A stretch of DNA of 64,000 bases from Halocafeteria seosinensis (Eukaryota). The notes below the pieces were generated by a model, which was not told the DNA's origin, searched no databases, and worked only from the letters and a program-made list of their open reading frames with translations. This document shows positions 42,663 to 53,400 of this stretch, one piece after another. Numbering within the stretch: the stretch's first letter is position 1; every line of letters starts with the position of its first letter. The stretch spans positions 1-64,000 of the forward strand of contig LVLI01000353.1 of NCBI GenBank assembly GCA_001687465.1, in the 5' to 3' direction. The position numbers were made by a program, and so were the translations under genes.

Positions 42663-42930
42663 CGCTTTTCTATTTTTATTTTTATTTTTCTGTTTTGTTG
42701 ACACACTAGAATAGTAGTCAATCGAACAATATGACTCATGAGTTTACTATAGTATAGACTATGGACCATGGAAATTACTGTATAACGGGCCGCAAGTTGA
42801 AGTTGAAGTTATGCAACTAGATTGTCTCATTATCTATCATACATGAGTTGTCCTTATTCCCTCTGTGGTTGTGCAGTATATTGTATGTGAACCACTCAGT
42901 CCCGGTAGCAGATGGATCGTTTGGCATGAA

Positions 42931-44124
42931 ATGGAGGAGGACAGCGCACAGCCAGCCTCCGTCGCACATGGCGAAGACGACGTACCAGAGTCTACCAATG
43001 ACCGCGGCCAAGGGGGAGCTGAGCAAGAGGAGTCCATAAATGGACAAACAGGAGGAGATGACGGTGATAATGACGACAGTAAAGGCCAACGGTCGGAGGA
43101 GCACGTAGCTGAGCAGGAGCATGACGAGGGTGGTGGAAGCAAGGAAGACTCCAAGGGTGAACAAGGGGCTTCAGAATCGGATCTGGACCAAACGCAAAAG
43201 AGCAGTCAAGAATTAGAACGGTGCAAGGGCTGGGAACTTCGATTCCGGTCCTGCAAACGAGATGGCATCGCCGAAGTATTACGGACAGATCTCCGACAGG
43301 TTACGGGGAAGCATCATAAAGCATTGTATGTGTAACTATCGCTATTTTTTCATGCGTTCGTCCAGCAAACCTTGGAGTACGGGCATTGCCTGTGAATTCC
43401 TTACAGGTTGTTTCAGCTGGCGCTCGCTGCTGCGATTAACCGAAACAGTAGGAAACAGACGTTGATGGAGCTACCACTTGTAGTCCAAGACGATGTCGAA
43501 ATGTCCGGTGTATCTCTCTTTGGAAAGGATGGTGTTTATTCAAAGTTCAAAGGGGGCCCTTTGAGGCCCCCTCATCCGCTACATTTAGCAGCTGAGTTGA
43601 ATCGTGCTGAAGTTATTGGAACGCTGCTTCAAATGGGGATGAACGTGGATGCTACCGACGATGTGAGTAGGCAGTTTTGCTGTTTCTGTTTTTATGTACC
43701 CTATCTTGTATGTTTCCGTCTTCCAATGCAGTCGTCTCGAACAGCGCTTCACGTTGCATCCCAGTATGGCTCAAAGGAGACGATAGACACCCTCCTGCAA
43801 CGTAACGCTGATATCAACGCTCGTACCCTGACATTGAAGAGCCCTCTGTTCATCGCAATAGAAAATCGCCAAGAATCAGTGGCCAAGAAACTGCTGGACC
43901 AAGGAGCCGACCCTCTCTTGACCGATGACCTGGGAAGAACAGTGGCAGAAGTCGGCAAGTTGAGGCTTCCCGAAGATAGCTATAAACGACTTGAGGGTGG
44001 TTTGAGAGCGGATGGCAAGACTGTACAAGAGGCATCTTGTACTGGTCATGATGGCGCGTTGGAGGAAAAGTTTGAAAGTACTGGGAACAATGAGTTTAAC
44101 AATATGGTGACAGAGATATACTGA
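42931..44124 (+). CDS. Ankyrin-repeat protein with acidic low-complexity N-terminus
   Basis: HPLHLAAELNRAEVIGTLLQMGMNVDATDD|SSRTALHVASQYGSKETIDTLLQRNADINART...SPLFIAIENRQESVAKKLLDQGADP; introns 43326-43406 and 43663-43731. Confidence 0.85.
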
Positions 44125-44362
44125 GATGTGCATATACGAAGGGAAAAGCAAAATCCAGTGTTGTTAAACATTGTCTTTGCTCCTACTCGAGTCGATATAT
44201 CGGTTGTTTAACTGTGTAAGTAGTTCGAATCTCCCAAGTGAGACCAACACGTATGAGGTAGAAGTTGTACATCACTATAATTTCGACATTTATATATAGT
44301 CGTTTCCTTCTGGTTAGTGATCTTCCTCTTTCCGTTTTGGTTTATCGTACTTTTCGAACGAC

Positions 44363-44881
44363 CTACAATTCCTCTTGTAACCTCCTGTGTTCGTCTGGAG
44401 AGCATTTATGAGGTGCTTCGTCAAAGCATGTTAAGCGGGCAGGGTCGACAATCTTGAAGTGACTGAAGTGGAACCGAATTTTGGTATCCTCATACACGTA
44501 CGTATTGACCGCATAGTCTGGTCCTTTCACTGTCTTTGTAGGGTTCTTTAAGAATTCAATAAACAGAGGACTTGTGTACCGGGAGCCCCGGAATTCCCCC
44601 ACCAATGAATGCGTTCGAGGGCTTTCTTGCACCCATCCAAATCCACTAAGTTCATCCGCTTTCCTAACGAGTCTCTGCATTAGATTCTTCCGATTAAATT
44701 CTCCGGTGATTTCATAACGAAGACCCATAAAGCGATCCTTCATTCTCCATCCTTTGTAGGAATCCCCTGAGCCCGAATCCGGGTACAGCACCTCTACAGC
44801 ATGGACCTTTGTGTCCCACGTCGATGCTACAGCCGTAACAAGAAAGAGCACAAACAAGGATGACCGTGGAAACACCATCAT
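44363..44881 (-). CDS. Signal-peptide-bearing acylphosphatase-like domain protein
   Basis: Hydrophobic leader SSLFVLFLVTAVAST, then LRYEITG...ADELSGFGWVQESPRTHSLVGEFRG resembling the acylphosphatase A..LGL.GWV.N..G.V.G core; ends QEEL. Single exon. Confidence 0.65.
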   Translation of the reverse strand: MMVFPRSSLFVLFLVTAVASTWDTKVHAVEVLYPDSGSGDSYKGWRMKDRFMGLRYEITGEFNRKNLMQRLVRKADELSGFGWVQESPRTHSLVGEFRGSRYTSPLFIEFLKNPTKTVKGPDYAVNTYVYEDTKIRFHFSHFKIVDPARLTCFDEAPHKCSPDEHRRLQEEL

Positions 44882-45487
44882 TCATTTCTTTTTTTACGTT
44901 GTCGATCCAATGCAACGCTACAAATCACACCGAAGCCGAAGTCCTCTTGGGAAACAAAGGGCCACATCCGACGAACACGACAATCAAATATGGTAGTTGC
45001 ACGTTTCATAAACTTTCATGGACGGAAAAGACAATATGTGTGTATTGTATTGTATTATTATTATTATCGAAAAACATGTAACACGTACAGTACGTTGTAC
45101 CAGGTACTGTATTTCAATGCTTACATACATTCCATTTTTAGCGCTGAACTCTTTGGGAAGGGTAAGAGAGAGCTCAGGTGGAAAAACAAACAAAACAGTG
45201 AAAAAACGCCTAAGGATGATACTTACAATATGTAGAACGAACCAGGAACCGGGTTGTGGTAAGTATTGTATTTTGGAGCAAGGCTGCAGGAGCAGCGGGC
45301 CTATCGCTGCTTAACACGGGCGCATACCGCTCCCCGCTAAGAGGATACGGTCAACTCTCCCCGGCCGGTGGGCTTATCTGTCACATATGTGTGTGTGTAT
45401 TTGCATCTGGGTACTATTGCTATTAGCATGACTTTGGACCAGTTAAATAATCAATTTTACTTCAGGGTTTCCACCAACTGAAGCCCA

Positions 45488-45599
45488 CAATAGATGAGTG
45501 AGGTAATAAACAAAGTTTTGAGGTTATTAATCTTTTATTTCCGAGTTAGGTTTTATCTTTGGTTTCAATAGATGAGTGAGGTAATAAACAAAGTTTTGA
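45488..45599. repeat. Perfect 34-bp direct repeat (45488-45521, 45566-45599) within a degenerate ~78-bp tandem duplication
   Basis: caatagatgagtgaggtaataaacaaagttttga occurs twice, and the AT-rich sequences following each copy are also similar to each other. Confidence 0.9.
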
Positions 45600-46123
45600 T
45601 GTTGTTCATTTTTAATTACCTAGCTAGGTTTCCAAGTTAATATTTCTTTCTTTAATCTTCAAATCTTTTATAGTTTGAGATATATACGGATCCCATGTCT
45701 ACCGTGTACATACGTAGGCAACAGACCAAGTACAGCAACTTTGGAATTCCATACCACACTGTACAACCGTGTGGTATCATACATGTATACACAATACTAG
45801 TATGTATGTGGACAGTACCTGGTAGACTGGTGCTGGTTCACAACAGTCCCAGCTTCACAAACTCTCAGCACGAGCCAAGGAGGGTGTCCTGGCATACACA
45901 GGATAGGATATCTCATACGAGCTGATCCGTCGTCATCGATGCATCGAATAGAGAAACAGTGTCGTAGTAGTTGTTGTACAACTACTTGTACAACTGTGCT
46001 GGTATTGCATAGCTTGAAACGAGGGGGTACCGGCATTGCAAGGAGAATAGCACAAAAACAAAGTTGCATTGAATTTTGTACTAGAGGGCAGAGAAGAGTG
46101 AGGGATTGTAGAGGGGATAAACG

Positions 46124-47442
46124 ATGGCGAGGATTCGGCCTGGATTCGAAGCGGTATGGTTGGAATTTTATCTAGACTAGCACTGTATTGTATTGTACAA
46201 GTACCACTACGGAAGCACGCCCCACGGAAAGTTTTCATGGGTATTATTTTGTACATTGCCTTTGTGTGCGCAGATTTACGGGGCGCATTCATGTCTGGCG
46301 GCTCTCCAATACAACTCGAGAAGTGCTTTCCGACGCCTGTACTTGTCCCAGCAACATGAGACGACAGCGCGCCAAGCCATGCAGGAGATCGCCCAATACA
46401 AAACTACAGAGAATGGCAAAAATGTGGATCAAAGCTGGTTTCGTGTGCCTCCGCGAAATACGCGCAATCTGAAACGATTAGCAGAGTGGCGCTGCTCTGT
46501 CGCAGCCCAGATGGCGGTTTGTCGACAAGTCGAGGTACAATTTGTACCCACGAGTACATTGCACTCCCTGGCAGACAACCGACCATCCCATAATGGTATT
46601 ATTCTAGAAGCACGGTCTATACAACCATCCGTCCAAGACTTTGAAAAGGAAGGTCGCCATAGGATTGGCGAAAAGATCAACAAGGGAGACTCAGTGACCC
46701 TACTCGCATTAGATGAGTTGCAGGATGTTCACAACGTCGGCGCCATTGTACGAGCGGCCGCATTCTATGTGAGTATTCTGCGTACCCCATTGCCTAAGAG
46801 CTTTAAAATGCTCAACCAGTGGATGCAGGAGGTTGATGCTATTATCTTGAGTTCCAAGAACATGTGCCCTCTCAACGCTACCGTGAGCAAGACATCCGCG
46901 GGCGCCCTGGAAACCATGGTGGCACTAAAGCGCCTTTTTACAGCAAGGAAGGTGAGGCCATATAGAAATATCTACCACTCTTACTTCTATATTCGTTGTT
47001 GCGTGAATGGACCAGCTTACGGATACTCTAAACAAGAATCGAGAGATGGGGCTTATCAACATTGCGTCATGTAGAAGCGGAGACCGACACAATCACAATG
47101 TCAATGTTCATTCTGCGAATGGATTGAGGCACTCAAGCTTTACCACGAGTCGCAACAAGTTGCTACTAATAGTAAGCTATCCTCGTACTACGTCCTTGGT
47201 CTACTCTGCGTTTATTTGTCTCGAGCATTGCTGGCCCTGAGCTGCAGGGTAATGAAGCCCTAGGACTCAGGAGGCAGCTTGTTAATCGTTGCGATTTGAC
47301 GGCTAGTATCGGTCCGCGCGTACCCAAGCAACAACCGCATTCGTTCGAGGAAATCTTGCCGTGTTCCGAGGTACAGCTTGATTCTCTTAATGCAAGTTGT
47401 GCAGCGACAGCATTACTTCAGCTGCTACAGCAACACCAGTAA
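46124..47442 (+). CDS. SpoU/TrmH-family RNA 2'-O-methyltransferase, MRM1/RlmB-like (spliced)
   Basis: MARIRPGFEA|IYGAHSCLAALQ (intron 46154-46273), SHNGIILEA, LLALDELQDVHNVGAIVRAAAF, PLNATVSKTSAGALE, LLLI|GNEALGLRRQLVNRCD and DSLNASCAATALL; TAA ends at 47442. Confidence 0.88.
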
Positions 47443-47454
47443 CTTCATAGAAAC

Positions 47455-50400
47455 CTACGAAGACAAGCCCTGAAGCCTATCCAGATGCTCTTTGTTGGGT
47501 TGCGCCTTCTGCATTATATGAAGTTTTATAAGGGGAGGACCGATACCGGAATTGTACGGAGCAATAGTTGCGGGAGTTGTTCCATCATTGCCCGTATTTG
47601 CTATCCGAGTGAGCGTGACGCCGAGATTTCCGCCGTTAGTCCCGACAATTGCGTTGTCTTGCACATAGGCTAAGCAGCTCATAAATCGGTGCCACTGAGG
47701 AGGAAGGTAGCATTGAACGTAGTCCCCGATGCTTGAAAAGGCATACCCCGGCAGATGGCTTTGCGAAGCAGACTCTGGAAGGGAGTTCCACTGGACGCCG
47801 CTGAATTGCTGAGAATGTCTGTATGTGTATGTAGCATCTATGCTGGTGGAGTGGTCATCGAGATTTATCGTCCCTGTTACTAGACCAAATATACCACCGA
47901 AGTATCTGTTCTTGGGTAAGTCGAACGGTGCTTGATCGACCTTCCCGTGCATCAATAACTTGGAGTGGTGAGCCGCGTCAAAGGTCCCTATATCTGCTTC
48001 GTTTACCATGGTGTCAAGCTCTGTTTGAGTAATAGTCCTTCCTGTAAAATCTGGATTGTCACCCCTATTATAAATCCCCAAATTGAGCACAACGTCGCCA
48101 CTATTCGGGGAATTCCCGAGTCCCGTTTGAAGGGTAATATCGCCAGCCGGGTTTCCTAATCCCGTCTCCATCTTCAGCCCCAGGTCTTCGATGAATGCAA
48201 CATCGCCAGGACTTCCTACTGCTAGTTTAAAGTTTTCGTCTGCAGAGATTTTGATGTTTCTGAGTTCTCTCATGTTAAGTACCGCTCCGAGAGTCCATTC
48301 CATATTCCCCGAAGCGGTCATCTCTATACTCTTCGCAATTAGGATTTGGGAGGATACTCCTCCTTTCAAAAGCATATCTCCAAACACACCAGTATTGCCC
48401 GGCCGATCCCCACTAGTTATAACGACGTCTCTACCTTGGTTCGAGGTTATTCCGCCCATGATTGATATACTCCCCCCCGAGACTCCTCCATCTCCGGCAA
48501 ACAATAAAATATCCCCTCCGTTTCCATTAGATTTTCCAGACGATAGCTGTATCTGGCTCCCTTTATTCGGATTGCCGGTACCAACACTACTCCCCCCTAA
48601 GATAGAAATGGCTCCTCCATTGAAATTTGAGCCACCGGCGGTGAAAGTAATGTCCCCACCAAACTGAGAGGCAGTAGATGAGACCTCAAACTGCAGGTCA
48701 CCGCTGTCCCCTGCATTCGAAACTCCTGTAATGAAGGAAATGCTTCCCGAGTTAAATCCACTACCCGTAGAAATTTCGATACTACCGCTGTTAAGAGACG
48801 CAGCTGGTGTAGTCACATCAATGTCCCCTCCTCCTCCATTACTATCTCCACCCACAATAACGACGCTGCCACTCAGTCCTTTTCCAACCGAGGCACCGCC
48901 AAATATACTGAGGGCTCCACCCAGGTCACCATTGGTATGACCTGCGCTGAGAGTGAGAGCAGGGACAATCAGTCCATCTCCTGCGGACAACACAATCGCC
49001 CCACCTTCTTGGAATCGTTGTTCACCTGTCGCGAGTGTTATTGCACCGTCGCTATGTTCTGGTGCCGCCTCTCCAGTTGAGAGAACAATACTCCCACTAG
49101 TTTCCTCCGTTGCTGTAGTTCCTGTGAAGAAGTTTAAAACCGACTCCGATCCCTCAAACTGGTCCCCGGAAAACCCGGAACCAATGGACACAAATCCTCC
49201 CTCGTTGGCATCTCCCTGACCACTGCTGAGGACTAACATTCCACCGGCGCCACCACTTTTCTGAGAATCCAAGGTGAATTTCCCTCCAGATGTCCCACTA
49301 GACGAAGTCCCAGAGCTTAAGACTACGCTGCCGCTGTGCAGCAAGGCACTCCCAGTTTCTAGAGCAACAGACGGAGAGTCCTCATCGGACGACGGTATAT
49401 CGAAAGAAATATCCCCTCCATCCATGTTTGCTGTGCCAGTGCGTGTAATTAGATTTCCAGAATTTCCGTTCGCTGAAGAAAAACTCCGTAGCCGGATCGA
49501 TCCGGAAGACCCCAATTTTGAGGAGCCAGAGCTAAAGATCATGAAGCCTCCTTCACCTTTCGCCGCATGCCCGCCTTCAAGACGTATAGATCCACTCCTT
49601 CTTGCCGGATCTGAAGCTGTTCCAGTACTTAATAAGACATCCCCTCCATTGCCGCCAGTGGCCATAGAAGACTGAGCGATAAATGAGCCACTACTGTCAT
49701 TACCGATACCTGTGGAGAGCGAGATATCACCAGAACTAGGGGATACCATTGATACAAGACGATATGAGCCGCTTGCCCCCGATCCCGAATTACCTGTAAA
49801 AAGCGAGAGTGCTCCACTGTTGTTTCCCGAGGAAGAAGTGGATACAAGTACAAACCCCCCACAGCCGTTGCTGCTGGTCCCCGAATATATCATGATCGGA
49901 GAGGAGCTTCCATTACTATTGCCTAGTGCCAACTTCACTGTTCCGCCGTTGCCATTGGAGTTACCTACGAGGGCAGCAATTCTCCCAGAATCCGACGGTG
50001 AATCCCCCGTTGTGATAGACAACGGTGCAGAAGAGCTTTCCCCATCTCCTGTCCGGAGCACCATCATGCCGGAGTCCCCACCAGCGGTATCCGAGCCAAT
50101 ATGAATATTACCTCCATTCTCTCCAGCCATAATGTCGATTTGCCCACCATTAAACGTTTCTCCGCTAGTACTGCCTGAGCGTAGGAGCACGTTTCCAGCT
50201 GTACCAACGTTACTTGATCCTGATATCAGTTGTACGCGCCCGCTGTTTGCGTTGCTTTCCCCACTTCCTATCAATACGGTGCCCGTCTTGGGAGCATCCG
50301 CCGAGAAGATTTTCAGTGAGCCTGAGTTCATATTGGAATTACCGGTAGCAATGTGAGCCCCATTCGAACCAAACTGCAGCGCAATATGCCCACCTCCGTT

Positions 50401-53400
50401 TCCAGCATATAAAGCAACACGGCCTGAACACTTAGACGCACTACCAGATGCCATTTCTATGTATCCAGAGCTACCGGTAGTCGACTTCCCAGTAACTACG
50501 CTGACACTCCCCGATGCATGGCTTGAAGACGCTGACCTGACGACGACAACTCCACTGTTGGTATTTGCCGAAGAAGTGGCTATTTCCATTCCACCAGAGT
50601 TGATTCCATCCCCAGTTCGCACAGTGATGGGAGCTACATTAGCAGAGCTGGTTATCTCAATTTTGCCACCATTACCGTTGCTTGCGACTCCGGCGAAGAT
50701 ATCTATATCACCCCCATTATTTCCTTTGCCGCCAAAGATACGAGCCGAAGCTCCGGCTCCAACGCATGACCTACCGACGCTCAGTGTAAGGGCTCCTGAT
50801 CCATTCCGAGAGTGTAAGCTCACTCCTCCGGATGATTTTCTGGAGTCGCCACTTGCGATCCGAATGTTGCCGGTCGAGGATCCTGACAGTGTTGAGAGAG
50901 CGACATCACCTGACGACGTCCCTATGAACTCACAGCCGCTTTGGAGAACTATCCGCCCGGAACAACCGGTAGGCGTCATACCTACCGCACCACTGCGGAC
51001 TTTAATGCTTCCTCCATTACAACCCCCTCCAGCTTGAAGCCTAAAGTGCGCGCCCCTTTGGGAGGAAGACCCGCCAGCTTGGAGTGTGATTGCTCCCCCA
51101 TCCCCATTCGATGCACTTCCAATCAGCGTTGATATCCCGCCAGTGTTAGCGTTGCTGTCACCGGTAGCTATGATTAATTTTCCGGTGAAACCCGCGTTAC
51201 TTTCGGAGCTACCCAGCAAGAGACCCCCTGTGCTCCCTTCGAAATGTCCCTTCCCTGTTTCGAACCGCACAGATCCAGATTCAACAATACCAGCTCCTGT
51301 TGTTAACGATATTTGAGCTCCATTGGTCGCGCTGGTGCCTAATCGCGTCACGACACTCCCCCCATTGTGTCGCGTAGATTCACCTACCAGAAGCGAGAGG
51401 GCACCAGTATTATCTCTAGAATCTCGCGCTCCAACTACAATGTACCCGGAGTCTTTGTTTGAGTCCCCTGTTTTGAGTTGGATGGAGCCAGAATTTCCCG
51501 CCACGGAAGTGCCACCACTGAGCGTTATTTTTCCTGACGAACCGCTTCCTGACGTTCCTGTGAGCACACAGACCGTTCCAGAGCAACCAAAAGCAGCAGC
51601 CGTCCTCATCGTAAAACGACCGCTATTACCGCTATTGGATTTGCCTGTATCCATGATAACCGAGCCACTCCCCTCGTTTATGGCACTACCGGTGAAAATG
51701 CCAATATGCCCTCCTGCACATCCTTGTGCACAGAGAAGCGAAAGCCCCCCACTAGACACAGAGCCGTCTCCAGTAAATATCTGCACAGCTCCACTGTTTC
51801 CACAGTCTGTATTTCCGCTTCCAATGGTAATACCTCCCGAGTAACCAACTGGAGCAGGACCAGTCTGAAACAAAAGAGAGCCCGAGTTTTCACATGCAGC
51901 CCCGGAGTGCATAATGGCGTTTCCTCCCTCTGCTGATGCTAAAGAAAGACTACCGGAAGTCGCCCCAGAAGAGCCGGATGCAATCGCAAACGTTCCACCT
52001 TTCTGGCCATCCGAGTTCGAAGAGCCGGTAGAAAGCATGATAACACCAGACTCATGCAAACTCTTTCCAGAAATCAGACTTACGTCCCCGCCTTGTTTCT
52101 TCCCGGATGATACGCGGAATAGGATATGACCACTGGAGTCGCATGCATTTCCCGTTTGAAGAAGTATATCGCCACTATCCATGAAGGAGGCAGCACTAGA
52201 AATCGTTGTGTCCACAGCTTCTGCGTCATAACCAAAAGTTATATCTCCCGAGGAAATCCCGCCACCGGTGCTCAACAGGATAGAGCCAGAGTTTCCTGTA
52301 TTGGAGCCACCAGTGGCAATGAGAACAGTCCCAGTGTTTCCTGTATTGGTTTCTCCAGTGCTCAGTTGTATTGCTTTGGATGAACCCTCAGAATTTCCAC
52401 TACTGATTTTGATCCCCTTACTGAGCGACGCTTCCGATGCACCTCCATGTATCAGTAAGTTTCCATTGATACCGGATTGAAGAGTCACCGAACCGCCAGA
52501 GTTGCCGCCAGCGGAAGAGCTTATCAGTGAGATACCCCCGCTATTTTTACCCGAAGTACCCGTAGATACCCATACATCGCCACTTGTTTCAGACGCGGAG
52601 CCGCCGGTTACTAATGTTATCTCACCGGAATCGAGATAAGAGTTCCCGCTACTCAAAAACGCTTTACCGCTTGGACCCCAAATGGCACTGCCTGAAAGAA
52701 CGGACACCGAGCCGGTTGAGTACTGTTTACTGCTCCCGGTGAGAAACGTAAGTATCCCGGAAATTGATCTACCATTTCCTGTATGTATCTCTACACTTCC
52801 ACTGTCCCCAACATTACTGCACACCGACGCCAGTTCAATCCTTCCTGAAGTTTTGCCATCGGCGGTTACCACCTCAATGTTACCACTGCTGCTATCAGGT
52901 GTCTCTCCTGTGTGAATGATCACAGATGCACCGGTAGCATCTCCGCTTCCCACCAGCAAACTTATAGAACCCGCATCTTTCCCTGTTTTGGTGGTGAGCG
53001 ACACATGACCCGAGTTTAACGTGCTTCTGCCAGTGCGCAACTCCATCTGCCCGGATTGATTTGAGGAAGCAGCAGTCCGCAGAGACAACTGGCCACTGCT
53101 AGTATTACCCCTACCAGAAACTAGTGTTATTTGTCCAGAACATTGACCGGAACCTGTTCCTGTAAAGATCGATCCAGAGGCACCGAACCCATCGGTACTC
53201 CCACTGCTGAGGGAGATTGGTCCGCTATGCAAGGCTGCATCCTTACCGAAGAAGTTAATGTTGCCGCTATCTCCCTGGGATTGTCCGCTTGTAAGTTCAA
53301 AGCCGCCACTCGTAGACTCCGTATTTCCAATAAGCAGCTTGATTGAGCCGCTGACCTCACCGTCTCCGGACACTAACTGAAGCATACCTGAGCTTTGAGC

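Noticed and set aside
45291..45311. Hairpin agcagcg-ggcctat-cgctgct in a GC-rich intergenic patch
   Set aside because: A 7-bp stem can arise by chance, and I recognise no tRNA or snRNA features around it.
45488..45599. 34-bp repeat with a 44-bp spacer, superficially CRISPR-like
   Set aside because: Only two copies, the sequences after each copy resemble each other (tandem duplication), there are no cas genes and the context is eukaryotic.
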